The position numbers were made by a program, and so were the translations under genes. From Bacillota bacterium (GTDB lineage: Bacteria > Bacillota > Sulfobacillia > Fermentithermobacillales > Fermentithermobacillaceae), in the NCBI GenBank assembly GCA_033809515.1, contig JAPXLN010000006.1:15186-79185 (forward strand): 64,000 bases of DNA. The letters run 5' to 3'. The notes beneath the pieces were generated by a model. The model saw nothing but the letters and a program-made list of their open reading frames with translations. It ran no database searches and had not been told where the DNA came from. Position 1 is the stretch's first letter; each line of letters opens with the position of its first letter. Positions 29,087-39,026 of this stretch are shown here, in pieces.

Positions 29087-30196
29087 ATGATAATGAGAGC
29101 TCGAGGGATGTCAAGGGCCCGGTTGTTGTTCTATGAGGCGGCCCTGTTAGTCTTCCTTATTTTCCTGGCGGGGTCCTTTCGCGCCTATGTGGCAGCTCCG
29201 GTTTTTCAGGACGAAACCAGACCTCAGGAACCGGGGATTAGAGTTCCTTCTGTGTTTGACCTCATATGGCAAGGCAAAGGCATGCCCCAGAAAGTCTTGA
29301 GGGCCGGTTTTCCCATGCTCAGGTACATGGAGGACATGCGGACAGATTCAGGTCCTGCAGGACTGGTCGCACAGGCTGCCGGATGGCTCATGGGATTCAT
29401 ACCCAGAGACATTGCTGATCTGGCATTTGGGCAGCTGGCTGGATTTCTTGCCGAGTATGAGCCTGGAGGCGGATTTGGAGTGCCGGTTGAGCTGGAGCAG
29501 GAGTGGGGCGTTACGCCCGTGCTCTACACGCTGCCGCCAGGAGACGACATGATTGCTGCGTCGCTTGGGTTGAGCGGTCAACCTCTAGTAGCTATCTACC
29601 ATACTCACGCCACCGAATCCTACCTGCCTGAACTGGGAAAGAAGGCTCCCGCTGATGCCTTTACCGCAGATATGTCTAAGTCTGTGGTAAAGCTAGGGGA
29701 ACTTCTGCTCCAAGAGCTGGAAAGAAGGTATCGCATACCCTGTTTGCATTCGAAGACCGTCCATGACAGCGATTCAAGGATAGGTGCCTACTACAGGTCA
29801 GATCAGACGGTTCAGGCTGTTCTGAAGAAATACCCAGAGTGTAAAGTGCTTATAGACCTACATCGGGACAGCCAGCGCAGGAATCTGACTGCTGTAACCA
29901 TTCGCGGGAAGAGCTATGCCCGCCTTCTGTTCGTAATAGGAACCGATAATTCCGGGTGGGTTTCAAACTACAACTCTGCCCGCAGAATCCAGTCACGACT
30001 GGAAGAAGCGTATCCCGGGATATCGAGAGGTTTCTTGTACTCGTCAGCCTTCTACAATCAGCAGTACTCCCCAAGCGCCATTCTTGTTGAAGTCGGGGGT
30101 GTTGATAACACCCTAGCCGAGTGCAGAAACAGCATGGAGGCCCTGGCATGGGCGTTGGCGGCAACTTTGCTGCCTGCCGCCCCTACACGTCCTTAG
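29087..30196 (+). CDS. spoIIP: stage II sporulation protein P (SpoIIP amidase/endopeptidase family)
   Basis: N-terminal TM and the hallmark motif VAIYHTHATESYLPE. RBS GGGAGGGGAG upstream. Confidence 0.8.
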   Translation: MIMRARGMSRARLLFYEAALLVFLIFLAGSFRAYVAAPVFQDETRPQEPGIRVPSVFDLIWQGKGMPQKVLRAGFPMLRYMEDMRTDSGPAGLVAQAAGWLMGFIPRDIADLAFGQLAGFLAEYEPGGGFGVPVELEQEWGVTPVLYTLPPGDDMIAASLGLSGQPLVAIYHTHATESYLPELGKKAPADAFTADMSKSVVKLGELLLQELERRYRIPCLHSKTVHDSDSRIGAYYRSDQTVQAVLKKYPECKVLIDLHRDSQRRNLTAVTIRGKSYARLLFVIGTDNSGWVSNYNSARRIQSRLEEAYPGISRGFLYSSAFYNQQYSPSAILVEVGGVDNTLAECRNSMEALAWALAATLLPAAPTRP

Positions 30197-30212
30197 CCCC
30201 TACCTTGCCCCA

Positions 30213-30242
30213 TTGACACTTTTCATACATACGTGCTATCTT
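30213..30242 (+). promoter_or_regulatory. candidate sigma-A promoter of the hrcA operon: TTGACA (30213-30218), 17-nt spacer, weak -10 TATCTT
   Basis: Hexamers seen in the sequence. The -10 element is poor. Confidence 0.4.
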
Positions 30243-30251
30243 GCAACTAGG

Positions 30252-30278
30252 TTAGCACTCTATGGCCAGGAGTGCTAA
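30252..30278 (+). promoter_or_regulatory. CIRCE element (HrcA operator) TTAGCACTC-N9-GAGTGCTAA, perfect consensus
   Basis: The sequence is TTAGCACTCtatggccagGAGTGCTAA. Confidence 0.9.
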
Positions 30279-30294
30279 GAGGGGGGTTCATGAA

Positions 30295-31320
30295 GTGGCA
30301 CTCGACGAAAGAAAAGCTCGCATACTCAGGGCGGTTATCGAGGAGCACATTGAGACGGGGATTCCCGTTGGTTCAAGGATTATTGCCAGAAGGTATTCCC
30401 TGGGCGTCAGCAGCGCCACTATCCGGAACGAAATGGCCGATCTGGAGGAAACGGGCTACCTGGACAAACCTCATACTTCCTCAGGAAGGGTGCCTTCGGA
30501 TAAGGGGTATCGGTTCTACGTAGACGAGCTTATGCCCAGGAGGGGCCTGACAAGGGAAGAGCATGCCGCCATAGAGTCGGTTTTCAGATCCAAGGTTATG
30601 GATGTTGTCTCTGTACTGAAGGAGGCTGTCCGGGTGGTATCGGAAACCACCTGTTACCTTGGGTTTGTCTTAGGACCGGAGTTCGCTGATGTTACCTACC
30701 AGGCTATACATCTCCTTCCCCTTTCGGCCGGAAAAGGGTTGCTCGTCATTGCCACCGACATCGGGTTTGTAGAAAGCTGTATCATTGAAGTCCCGGTGAT
30801 GAACCGGGAGGAGATGGCCTACGTCGCCGGTATGCTCAACAGGCACCTTACCGGCATTAACCTGGATGGAGTAGGCGACAGAGCACACCGCCTTCTGCAT
30901 GAGGAGGCCTCCCGGTACGCTGAGATCATCGACCAGGTAGTGGATTTCCTTCGAAGCATGGTTTCCGATGCAGGTGAGGAACGCTTATACGTTGGAGGCG
31001 CAGTCAACCTTTTGAGGCAGCCCGAGTTTCAGGACATTGACCGGGCTCGCGAGCTTCTTCTAGCTATCGAACGGGAAGGGGTCATTCAGTCTATCCTGGA
31101 CAGCCAGAGCCATGCCCAGGATTCCGGCATTGCCATAGGGGCGGAAAACAGACTTGACAGCGTAGCAGACGTCAGCGTCGTATACGCCACCTTTCAGGTA
31201 GGCAAAAGTGAAGGTAAGATCGGTCTTCTTGGCCCCAAGCGCATGGATTACGCAAGAGCTGTGGCAATAGTGAGGGATTTTGAGAGACGGCTGTCCCGTT
31301 TCTTCTCTCAAGACAACTGA
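30295..31320 (+). CDS. hrcA: heat-inducible transcription repressor HrcA (GTG start at 30295; the ORF-track start 30262 lies inside CIRCE)
   Basis: LDERKARILRAVIEEHIETGIPVGSRIIARR is the HrcA winged-helix N-terminus. RBS AGAGGGGGG lies upstream of the GTG. Confidence 0.85.
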   Translation: MALDERKARILRAVIEEHIETGIPVGSRIIARRYSLGVSSATIRNEMADLEETGYLDKPHTSSGRVPSDKGYRFYVDELMPRRGLTREEHAAIESVFRSKVMDVVSVLKEAVRVVSETTCYLGFVLGPEFADVTYQAIHLLPLSAGKGLLVIATDIGFVESCIIEVPVMNREEMAYVAGMLNRHLTGINLDGVGDRAHRLLHEEASRYAEIIDQVVDFLRSMVSDAGEERLYVGGAVNLLRQPEFQDIDRARELLLAIEREGVIQSILDSQSHAQDSGIAIGAENRLDSVADVSVVYATFQVGKSEGKIGLLGPKRMDYARAVAIVRDFERRLSRFFSQDN

Positions 31321-31384
31321 ACACGAAAGCGTAAGTATCACAGAAGAAAAAAGCACTGGGGAACCAGGTGTCAGGAGGGACGAC

Positions 31385-32968
31385 ATGAGTTTGAAGCAAG
31401 TCTCACAGGGCTCCGAAACCGACGATAGGCTGGCTGCCCTTTTTACCAACTCTAATGCGGTCAGAGCCATTGCATCTGCTGTCGAAGGTACTATTGGTCC
31501 AAAAGGTCTGGATACTCTCCTGGTGGACCGATTCGGTGAGGTGGTCATCACCAACGACGGAATGACCATTTTGACCAAGATGGATGTGAACCACCCCGCA
31601 GCTAAGATGGTTATCAATACTGCCCGGGCGCAGGAGGAGGAAGTGGGCGATGGGACCACAACTGCCACCATCATGGCCGGCGCACTCCTGACAGAGGGAG
31701 TGGATCAGGCTGTTCGCGGGGTACCTGTAATCAGGCTTATAGACGGGATTAGAATGGGCATCGGCCGCGCCATCGAGGTAATCGAGGAGAGATCCTCCAA
31801 GATTGCCGAACTAGACGACCCGCTGCTCAGAAAAGTCGCGCTGGTTGCCGGCAGAGACAATGAGGATATTGCTGACCTGGTTGTAGAGGCTGCCAAAATG
31901 GTGGGTGCCGAGAAACTTATGGATGAGCGCTTCAGATTGTCTGAAACCATCACTGCCAAAGAAGGCGCAGAAAGCCAGGTATTTCCAGGTATCATCATTG
32001 ACAAGAAGCGCCTGAACAATGACATGCCCGAGGATCTTGAAAACCCCAGGATTCTCGTTATAGACGACGCCCTTGAAAGCGAGGAAGTCGAGGATGAAGC
32101 TCTGGCCACCGAAGCCGGCTTTCAGCGTTACCTTGATCTCCAGGAAGAGTTCAGGAGCAATCTCTCGAAGATTGTGAAAATGGGCGTAACCTTCGTCGTA
32201 GTTGACAAGAGCGTCAGCGACATTGCTGAAGAGACCCTCACTGACGCCGGAGTAATAGTTGTCTCCAGAGTATCCTTTTCTGAGCTCAGAAAAGTCTGCG
32301 AGCATACCGGCGCCCGTGCCATAAAACGAACAGGTCTCAAGAAGACTGTGGAGGAGCTGGAAAAGTACGTAGGTGAGGCAGACAGGGTTTACGAAGATCA
32401 AAAGCTGGAGAATATTCGGGTAATAGGCGGAAAGGGCAAACCTATGGCTACCATACTGGTAGGTGCGAGCACAGCGGAAGTCCGCGGCGAAAGGGAGCGG
32501 ATCTGCACCGATGCAGCATCGTCGGTACAGGCAGCTGTTCGGGGGGGTGTCGTCCCCGGAGGCGGCGCAATAGAGATTGCTTGCGCCCGGGAGATCGACA
32601 AACTTCGTGCAAGCACAAAAGGGATGCGGGCCTACGGTCTTCACTGTGCGGTGGAAGCTTTGAAGAAGCCCATGGCGCAAATAGTGTTTAACGCCGGGTT
32701 TAACCCCCTTGAGAAAATAGGCGATGTCTTAGCCCGCCAAACAGAGGAAGACAATGACAATCTAGCAGTTGATTGCGATACAGGAGACGTAGTGGATATG
32801 ATGGAGATGGGAATTATTGACCCATCTCAGGTTAAGACCCATGCACTCAAGGCAGCTTTGGAGATCGCCTGTGCCATACTTCGCATTGATACCATTATCA
32901 AGAAGAGGGAAGATGAGAGCGTTCAGGCATCTCAGTCCAGAGACGGGGCGGAGGAAATGAGCTTTTGA
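31385..32968 (+). CDS. group II-like (thermosome/CCT-like) chaperonin, bacterial 'group III' type, encoded inside the hrcA-dnaJ heat-shock operon
   Basis: [46 protein letters not shown] and GGGAIEI are motifs diagnostic of group II chaperonins, not of GroEL. ATG at 31385 follows AGGAGGG. Confidence 0.85.
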   Translation: MSLKQVSQGSETDDRLAALFTNSNAVRAIASAVEGTIGPKGLDTLLVDRFGEVVITNDGMTILTKMDVNHPAAKMVINTARAQEEEVGDGTTTATIMAGALLTEGVDQAVRGVPVIRLIDGIRMGIGRAIEVIEERSSKIAELDDPLLRKVALVAGRDNEDIADLVVEAAKMVGAEKLMDERFRLSETITAKEGAESQVFPGIIIDKKRLNNDMPEDLENPRILVIDDALESEEVEDEALATEAGFQRYLDLQEEFRSNLSKIVKMGVTFVVVDKSVSDIAEETLTDAGVIVVSRVSFSELRKVCEHTGARAIKRTGLKKTVEELEKYVGEADRVYEDQKLENIRVIGGKGKPMATILVGASTAEVRGERERICTDAASSVQAAVRGGVVPGGGAIEIACAREIDKLRASTKGMRAYGLHCAVEALKKPMAQIVFNAGFNPLEKIGDVLARQTEEDNDNLAVDCDTGDVVDMMEMGIIDPSQVKTHALKAALEIACAILRIDTIIKKREDESVQASQSRDGAEEMSF

Positions 32969-34116
32969 AAAAGGATTACTATGAGGTTCTAGGAGTAAGC
33001 AAGAATGCTACCCAGGAAGAAATCAAGGGGGCATTCAGGCAGCTTGCCAAGAAATGGCATCCCGATGCCAATCCAGGGGACCCGACGGCTGAAGCGAAGT
33101 TCAAAGAGATAAACGAAGCCTACGACGTTCTTTCCGATGAGACCAAGAGAAGCAATTACGACAACTTCGGAAATCCTGACGGTCCTGTAGTGGGTCCGGG
33201 TCATGGAGGCGGGCCGGGCGAAGATCCTTTTGGGCGGCTCTTCGGAGACTTCGGTTTTCCGTTTGGCAATCTTTTTGGGGATTTCCAGGATGCTTTTGGA
33301 GGAAAAACCAGGCAAGCTGCAGGGCCCAGGCGCGGTGATGACCTGGAGATCGAGATAGACGTTACGCTGGAAGAAGCGTTCAAAGGCACCGAAAAAGATC
33401 TCCGGATTCCCAGGACTGAAGTCTGCGCGCGATGCAATGGAACAGGCGCTGAACCGGGTCATTCGCCGGTTACCTGTTCCGCCTGCGGCGGACGGGGGCA
33501 AGTCAGGACAACTCGGACCACCTTGCTAGGACAGGTTACAACCGTCGGCACGTGCCCCAAGTGCGGGGGTTCAGGCAAAGTCGTAGAGAAACCATGCGTG
33601 GAATGCAGGGGCGCAGGCGAGGCGCAAAGGACAAGAACGGTCACGGTGAAGGTTCCTCCGGGGGCCGACTCCGGCCTTCGTTTGAGGCTTTCAGGTCAGG
33701 GAAACGCGGGACGCCGGGGCGGACCTCCGGGAGACCTGTATGTTGCGGTTTTTGTCAGGCCACATGCCATCTTCCAACGACAGGGAGACGATCTCATCGT
33801 CGACAAGACTGTAAGCTTTCCGCTGGCAGCCATCGGGGGCAAGACCCGGATTCCCACCCTCGAAGGAGGAGAGGACCTCACTGTTCCCGGAGGCACTCAA
33901 CCGGGGGCGGTGCTAAGGCTTCGGGGCAAAGGCATGCCCGGGTTGAGGCACGGCGGCAGGGGCGATCTCATGGTTCGCGTTAACGTTCGGGTGCCTACGA
34001 AGTTGAGTTCCCGCGAGAAGGAACTGCTTCGGGAATTAGGGGAGACGGAGGGCGAATCTCTCTCCGACTCCTTCTTTAGGAAGCTTCGAAAGACCGGTGA
34101 CGGGGGATCCGTCTAG
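32965..34116 (+). CDS. dnaJ: chaperone DnaJ
   Basis: J-domain DYYEVLGV...HPD, a G/F-rich region, and four CxxCxGxG zinc-finger repeats. TTG start overlaps the chaperonin stop. Confidence 0.9.
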   Translation: MKKDYYEVLGVSKNATQEEIKGAFRQLAKKWHPDANPGDPTAEAKFKEINEAYDVLSDETKRSNYDNFGNPDGPVVGPGHGGGPGEDPFGRLFGDFGFPFGNLFGDFQDAFGGKTRQAAGPRRGDDLEIEIDVTLEEAFKGTEKDLRIPRTEVCARCNGTGAEPGHSPVTCSACGGRGQVRTTRTTLLGQVTTVGTCPKCGGSGKVVEKPCVECRGAGEAQRTRTVTVKVPPGADSGLRLRLSGQGNAGRRGGPPGDLYVAVFVRPHAIFQRQGDDLIVDKTVSFPLAAIGGKTRIPTLEGGEDLTVPGGTQPGAVLRLRGKGMPGLRHGGRGDLMVRVNVRVPTKLSSREKELLRELGETEGESLSDSFFRKLRKTGDGGSV

Positions 34117-34139
34117 AGAGGATTTGAGAGGGGACTGAC

Positions 34140-34892
34140 TTGAGTCGCGTAGGGGACCATACGCCGACCCAGTTTTTTACTGAGGAGTCAGCTGTATTGG
34201 GAAACCGGGTTACCTTGACCGGCCATGTTTACAGGCATGCCATGGCTCAAAGGCTCTCCCGGGGACAGGTGATCCGGGTTGCGACCGGTAATACCGTGTA
34301 TCTGGCCAGGGTTGACGGCGGGGGTAAGGGCTTTATCACTGCCGAGATCACGGAGGTATGTCAGAGTCCTCAACCCGGACTGCAGGTCCACCTTTATCCT
34401 GCTCTTCTCAAGGGTCAGAAGCTTGACCTGGTTGTGGAGAAATGCACGGAGCTTGGAGTAGCTTCGATCCGGCCTGTCATAACCAGGCGGACCATATCTG
34501 ACCTTACTCCTGAGAAGATTCAATCCAGAAAGGACCGGTGGGAGCGGATTGCCAGGTCTGCTGCGGAGCAATGCACAAGACCCCGAATTCCTCTGATAGG
34601 CAGCCCTGTTCCTCTGGCTGATGTGCTTAAGACCGGCTTGCGCGGCCTGGGGTTGTTTGCATACGAGGCAGAGAACTCCCCTACCGACTTTGCCGCTCTA
34701 GTGGACAGATGGACCGAGGTATCGGTGATCATCGGCCCTGAAGGGGGGTTTGACCCTTCCGAGGTCAGTTTGGCCGCCCAGTCGGGTTTGACACCTGTAT
34801 CTCTGGGGCCGTTTGTGCTCAGGGCCGACACAGCTTCTATAGCTGCTGCAGCTATACTTATGGCCTGCAGAAGCGCCGGCGCGCACTGCTAA
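34140..34892 (+). CDS. rsmE: 16S rRNA (uracil1498-N3)-methyltransferase RsmE
   Basis: LVVEKCTELGVASIRPV and IIGPEGGF motifs. Conserved position downstream of dnaJ. Confidence 0.8.
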   Translation: MSRVGDHTPTQFFTEESAVLGNRVTLTGHVYRHAMAQRLSRGQVIRVATGNTVYLARVDGGGKGFITAEITEVCQSPQPGLQVHLYPALLKGQKLDLVVEKCTELGVASIRPVITRRTISDLTPEKIQSRKDRWERIARSAAEQCTRPRIPLIGSPVPLADVLKTGLRGLGLFAYEAENSPTDFAALVDRWTEVSVIIGPEGGFDPSEVSLAAQSGLTPVSLGPFVLRADTASIAAAAILMACRSAGAHC

Positions 34893-34949
34893 AGGTCATC
34901 ACCTTGTTTTGCCTGCCATACCCTTCTCTTAGAGGCTTTTGGACGCTGC

Positions 34950-35738
34950 ATGGATCGTCTGTTGGCAGCTACGTGTCAAGGGGAGGGAGCGGGTGTGGAC
35001 AAGAAACTCGGTGTGGTCTTTATCAGTCGGAGGTATGTGTATTCTGCTTTCCTCTTGGTTATTCTTTGGGCCATGTGCAATCTCCGCTGGGCAGGTATGT
35101 TCGAGGAAGACGCGGTCGTAGCTGCACTGGCACCTATAACAAAGGGTGCCGGCGACCAACCGTTTGCCGCTTTGATGTTTAACGTAGATTGGGGCACAGA
35201 CCACCTTATGGGGATTCTGGACATACTCAAAGAGAAGCGTGCGCCGGCCACATTCTTTCTTACAGGTGCCTGGGCCCAGGACAATGCCGAACTGGCCAAG
35301 CGAATACTGGAAGAAGATCATGAAGTCGGAAATCACGGGGGCACTCATCTTCATCCGAACTTGATGTCCAGGGAGGCTTTTCGAGACCTGGTCTACAAGG
35401 GAGAAACTAGCATAGAGCAGGCCACCGGATCAAAACCGTCCCGGATTTTCGCACCTCCCTACGGTGAATGGTCCGACGCCACGGTGACCTGGGCTTTGGA
35501 GGCAGGCTATCAGACCATCCTTTGGACAGTCGATACAGTTGATTGGCGGGAGCCTCCCTGGGAAGTCATATGGAAGCGGGCGGCGGCCGGAGCTCGTCCG
35601 GGCAGTCTTGTGCTTCTCCACCCAACAGCTCCGACGGTTCAGGCTCTGGCCCCCATAGTGGACAGCTTTAGGGAAAAAGGCCTCCAGTTAACGAAGGTTT
35701 CAGAGGTCATATCCTTTGATCCCAGAGTCATCAGGTAG
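34950..35738 (+). CDS. polysaccharide deacetylase (NodB-homology domain; sporulation-associated PdaB-like)
   Basis: TFFLTGAWAQDNAELAKRILEEDHEVGNHGGTH, and an N-terminal TM segment. Confidence 0.75.
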   Translation: MDRLLAATCQGEGAGVDKKLGVVFISRRYVYSAFLLVILWAMCNLRWAGMFEEDAVVAALAPITKGAGDQPFAALMFNVDWGTDHLMGILDILKEKRAPATFFLTGAWAQDNAELAKRILEEDHEVGNHGGTHLHPNLMSREAFRDLVYKGETSIEQATGSKPSRIFAPPYGEWSDATVTWALEAGYQTILWTVDTVDWREPPWEVIWKRAAAGARPGSLVLLHPTAPTVQALAPIVDSFREKGLQLTKVSEVISFDPRVIR

Positions 35739-35821
35739 AAGACTTGTTTCCTGGCCTCAGGCTGCTCATAATTAGATACAATGGAATGTACCTTTGCGGA
35801 GGAAAAGCTTTGTCAGATAAC

Positions 35822-37144
35822 ATGCAGGCGAAAACCGTTTTTTTTCGCGCTTTTGGCTGCAAACAGAACCAGTACGAGACCGACTTTCTCAGAGAAGTCT
35901 TTGCTGCCAACGGGTTTGAGGTCGTTGATGCGGAACCCGCTGATATTGTGGTCATTAACACCTGCGCAGTAACCCAAAGAGGCGCTGCTAAGTGCCGTCA
36001 GGCCATACGGCGCGCCGCTAGGCATGGTGCCAGGGTGGTTGTGACAGGATGTTATGGGCAGATAGCTCCCGGTGAGGTTGCACAGATACCCGGAGTCATT
36101 TTGGTAACAGGAGTGCATGGGCGGGATCAGATAGTATCTTTGGTCAAGGATGCGCTCTCACCCGGAGGCACAGAACGGGATTGCCCCTTAGTTCAAGTGA
36201 AGCCTCACGCAGAGGGTCAGCCCTTCGAGGAAACACCTGTGCAGCGACCAGTCTTAACCCGGGCGTTTCTGAAAGTGCAGGAAGGATGCGACGACTTCTG
36301 CACGTACTGTGTAGTGCCTTATGCCAGGGGACCTTCCAGATCAAGGCCTGTCAGCGCCATCTTGGAAGAGGCCGGGGGACTGGTTGAACGGGGATACAAG
36401 GAGATCGTGTTGACAGGAACCCATCTGGGTCTTTATGGAAAGGGAGAGGAGCAAGGCGAGTTTCCTGCTCTTTCAGAGGTAATAAGGCGGCTCTGTAATG
36501 TACCCGGCCTTCAGCGACTCCGCATCAGCTCGTTGGAGCCTCACGATGTTACTGAAGACCTTATTGAGTGTCTTAAGCTTCCTCAAGTATGTCATCATCT
36601 GCACCTTCCCGTTCAAAGCGGCAGCGACAGGATACTGAAGATGATGGGACGGCGCTATGATGTCAGTTTGTTCCTGGAGACCGTACGAGCTGCTCGTGAG
36701 GTGGCGCCGGATGTTGGAATCACCACAGACATCATTGCCGGTTTCCCTGGAGAAACCGAGGAAGATTTCTCCAAGACCCTGGCTGTTGCCCGGGAGGCGG
36801 AGTTTTCGCGTATCCACGCATTCAAGTTTTCGGCGAGGCCTATGACTCGCGCATACCATTTTCCAGGCAAAGTGTCTGAGAAAGAGAAGGAGCGCAGGGT
36901 TTCAGAGCTCATAGGCCTTGGGAAGGAACTTTCTGTTGAATTCCACCGTAAGCATATAGGAAGAATCGTTGAGGTACTTGTGGAAGACGAAAGAGCTGGC
37001 AACGGCCTGCTGACCGGGTTGACCGGCAACTACGTAAGGTGTTTCCTGCCGGGGCCCGATGTCTATCGGGGTCAAATTGTCTTGGGCAAAGCTGTAAGGG
37101 AATCCTCCAACGGAGTGTATCTTGAGGACACAAGGTTAAGGTAG
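35822..37144 (+). CDS. mtaB: tRNA threonylcarbamoyladenosine methylthiotransferase MtaB (MiaB-family radical SAM); start ATG 35822 preferred over the ORF-track 35744
   Basis: MTTase N-terminal FGCKQNQYETD...VVINTCAVT, and the radical-SAM CDDFCTYC. Conserved position after rsmE. Confidence 0.8.
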   Translation: MQAKTVFFRAFGCKQNQYETDFLREVFAANGFEVVDAEPADIVVINTCAVTQRGAAKCRQAIRRAARHGARVVVTGCYGQIAPGEVAQIPGVILVTGVHGRDQIVSLVKDALSPGGTERDCPLVQVKPHAEGQPFEETPVQRPVLTRAFLKVQEGCDDFCTYCVVPYARGPSRSRPVSAILEEAGGLVERGYKEIVLTGTHLGLYGKGEEQGEFPALSEVIRRLCNVPGLQRLRISSLEPHDVTEDLIECLKLPQVCHHLHLPVQSGSDRILKMMGRRYDVSLFLETVRAAREVAPDVGITTDIIAGFPGETEEDFSKTLAVAREAEFSRIHAFKFSARPMTRAYHFPGKVSEKEKERRVSELIGLGKELSVEFHRKHIGRIVEVLVEDERAGNGLLTGLTGNYVRCFLPGPDVYRGQIVLGKAVRESSNGVYLEDTRLR

Positions 37145-37156
37145 GGTGAAGCGGAA

Positions 37157-38281
37157 ATGACGTCTATGAAGCTGGGGCTTTTGTTTGGCGGAAGGTCAGG
37201 AGAACATGAGATTTCAGTCATGTCAGGTCGTTCGATTTTCAACGCTGCGGTTCAGGGAGGTTATGAAGTAACCGGCATAGGGATTACCAGGTCAGGCCAG
37301 TGGGTTTTTGTGGAGGATATCACCGGGTTCTTTGCATCGGGATTTCCGGAGGTTACGCCCGACTTGGGGCCTCCATGCTGGATTGTGCCGGGTCAAGAGG
37401 TTAAGGGACTCTGGATCGATAAAGACAGCCCCGGCGCCCGTCTCGGGCGGACGTTCAGACAGCTTGATGTAGTCTTTCCGGCACTGCACGGTCCGTTCGG
37501 TGAGGATGGGTCAGTTCAGGGTCTCCTGGAATTGACGGGTATTCCCTATGTGGGGGCGCCTCCGCTGGCATCGGCGGTTTGTATGGATAAAGATATGACC
37601 AAACGTTTGCTGTCTGCCCATGGTGTGCCACATGTACCTGCCCTGGCAGTTGACATGCACGAGTGGAGGACGAACCGGGACAGCCTGCTAGAGAGTCTGC
37701 TCCCTGCTGTCTCCTACCCTGCCTTTGTAAAGCCGTCAGGCTCGGGCTCAAGTTTGGGGGTCAGCAAGATAAAGGGGCCCAACGGGTTGCCGGAAGCCTT
37801 GGAAGAAGCTTTTCTGTACGATCACAAGGCGCTCATCGAACCTTCCCAGGAAGGTTGTATTGAGGTTGAGTGCAGCGTTCTCGGAAACGATGAGCCTAGA
37901 GCTTCAGTTGTTGGGCAGATTCTTCCTGCACGTGAGTTTTACGATTACGAAGCCAAGTATCTGGATCAGGGAACCAGATTGGTCATTCCCGCTCCGCTTG
38001 AAAGGGATTTCCAAAGACGCATTGGCGAGATCGCCCTGGCCGGTTTCAAGGCAACCGGGTGTAAGGGCATGGCCAGAGTGGACTTTTTCGTCAACGTCTG
38101 CAGGCAAGAAGCTTACATTGGCGAGATTAACACCATACCCGGATTCACGTCGATCAGCATGTATCCCAAGCTCTGGGAAGCGTCAGGGCTTCCTTATCCG
38201 GCCCTCATACAAACCCTTGTCCAGCTGGCCATTGAGCGGCACCGGTTGTCACACCGGGAGGTCCGTCGAAAAGGGACGTAG
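37157..38281 (+). CDS. ddl: D-alanine--D-alanine ligase
   Basis: LGLLFGGRSGEHEISVMSG N-terminus and an ATP-grasp fold, ~370 aa. Confidence 0.85.
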   Translation: MTSMKLGLLFGGRSGEHEISVMSGRSIFNAAVQGGYEVTGIGITRSGQWVFVEDITGFFASGFPEVTPDLGPPCWIVPGQEVKGLWIDKDSPGARLGRTFRQLDVVFPALHGPFGEDGSVQGLLELTGIPYVGAPPLASAVCMDKDMTKRLLSAHGVPHVPALAVDMHEWRTNRDSLLESLLPAVSYPAFVKPSGSGSSLGVSKIKGPNGLPEALEEAFLYDHKALIEPSQEGCIEVECSVLGNDEPRASVVGQILPAREFYDYEAKYLDQGTRLVIPAPLERDFQRRIGEIALAGFKATGCKGMARVDFFVNVCRQEAYIGEINTIPGFTSISMYPKLWEASGLPYPALIQTLVQLAIERHRLSHREVRRKGT

Positions 38282-38304
38282 CCTCGACGGCGCACGAGCC
38301 CAGA

Positions 38305-38333
38305 TTGACCGCGGCGGTAACCTGATATACAAT
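38305..38333 (+). promoter_or_regulatory. sigma-A promoter of the rpsU operon: TTGACC, 17-nt spacer, TACAAT
   Basis: Seen in the sequence ~55 nt upstream of rpsU. Confidence 0.5.
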
Positions 38334-38388
38334 CCTAATGTTGTTCGGGAGTGGAGAAATGACTTCGGCGGAGGGAGGGAGTTAGGAC

Positions 38389-38574
38389 TTGCCAGAGATA
38401 CGAGTTGGTAAAGAAGAGTCTTTTGACAGTGCCCTGCGCCGTTTCAAAAGAGAGTGCCAGAGGTCCGGTGTATTGCGGGATGCCCGTAAGCATCAGCATT
38501 ACGAGAGCCCCAGCGAAAAAAGAAAGAAAAAATCGGAAGCAGCGCGCGCTCGTCGTAAGAAGCGCTACCGCTAA
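38389..38574 (+). CDS. rpsU: 30S ribosomal protein S21
   Basis: [28 protein letters not shown]. Basic C-terminus. TTG start after GGAGGGAG. Confidence 0.9.
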   Translation: MPEIRVGKEESFDSALRRFKRECQRSGVLRDARKHQHYESPSEKRKKKSEAARARRKKRYR

Positions 38575-38598
38575 TGTAGATATGAAACACGCAAAGAA

Positions 38599-38634
38599 CC
38601 TCTGAACGTCTCCCGTCAGAGGTTTTTTGTTTTC
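38599..38634 (+). terminator. rho-independent terminator after rpsU
   Basis: Stem CCTCTGAACG / CGTCAGAGG with loop TCTCC, followed by TTTTTTGTTTT. Confidence 0.65.
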
Positions 38635-38754
38635 AGATTCCTCCCTTCAGATCCCTCCCTTCACTCCGTTCAGGGGCGATCCCATGTTGGCGCCTCCGGT
38701 GGTCAGAAAGTGTTTTGCACCTCATACAATTTAGAACTGGGGAGGAGAGGCGCA

Positions 38755-39024
38755 TTGAGCAGGAAATTGAGAAGGGAGTTATCAGAGTTCCTGGAGTTGC
38801 CCCTGGATGTGAGCTTAGACTTGCCTAGAGTGGTGATACTGGGAGATCTGGGAGTGCTTATCGAAAACCACAGGGGACTCATGCATTACTCGGGAGACAA
38901 GCTAGTTGTAGGAGTGGGGTTGGGGCAAATATCGATTTTGGGCGAGTCTCTGGAGGTAGAGGAGATCAGCCGGGAAGACATGGTCGTACGTGGCGCCATT
39001 CGGACCGTTCATGTGGAGGCCTGA
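38755..39024 (+). CDS. yqfC: sporulation protein YqfC (TTG start at 38755 with strong RBS GGGGAGGAGAGG; the ORF-track ATG 38710 has no RBS)
   Basis: Small YabP/YqfC-family protein: LSRKLRRELSEFLELPLDVSLDLPRVVILGDLGVLIENHRGLMHYS. Confidence 0.7.
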   Translation: MSRKLRRELSEFLELPLDVSLDLPRVVILGDLGVLIENHRGLMHYSGDKLVVGVGLGQISILGESLEVEEISREDMVVRGAIRTVHVEA

Positions 39025-39026
39025 CC

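Noticed and set aside
30262-30294. Extended HrcA start from the ORF track
   Set aside because: The ATG lies inside the CIRCE palindrome. GTG at 30295 with an upstream AGAGGGGGG fits better.
31811-32680. 289-aa antisense ORF inside the chaperonin gene, and similar long antisense ORFs (1417-1962, 7493-8068, 49781-50401, 58767-59609, 55689-56426)
   Set aside because: These are shadow ORFs of GC-rich coding regions on the opposite strand. They have no RBS and no recognisable motifs, and the sense-strand genes are confidently identified.
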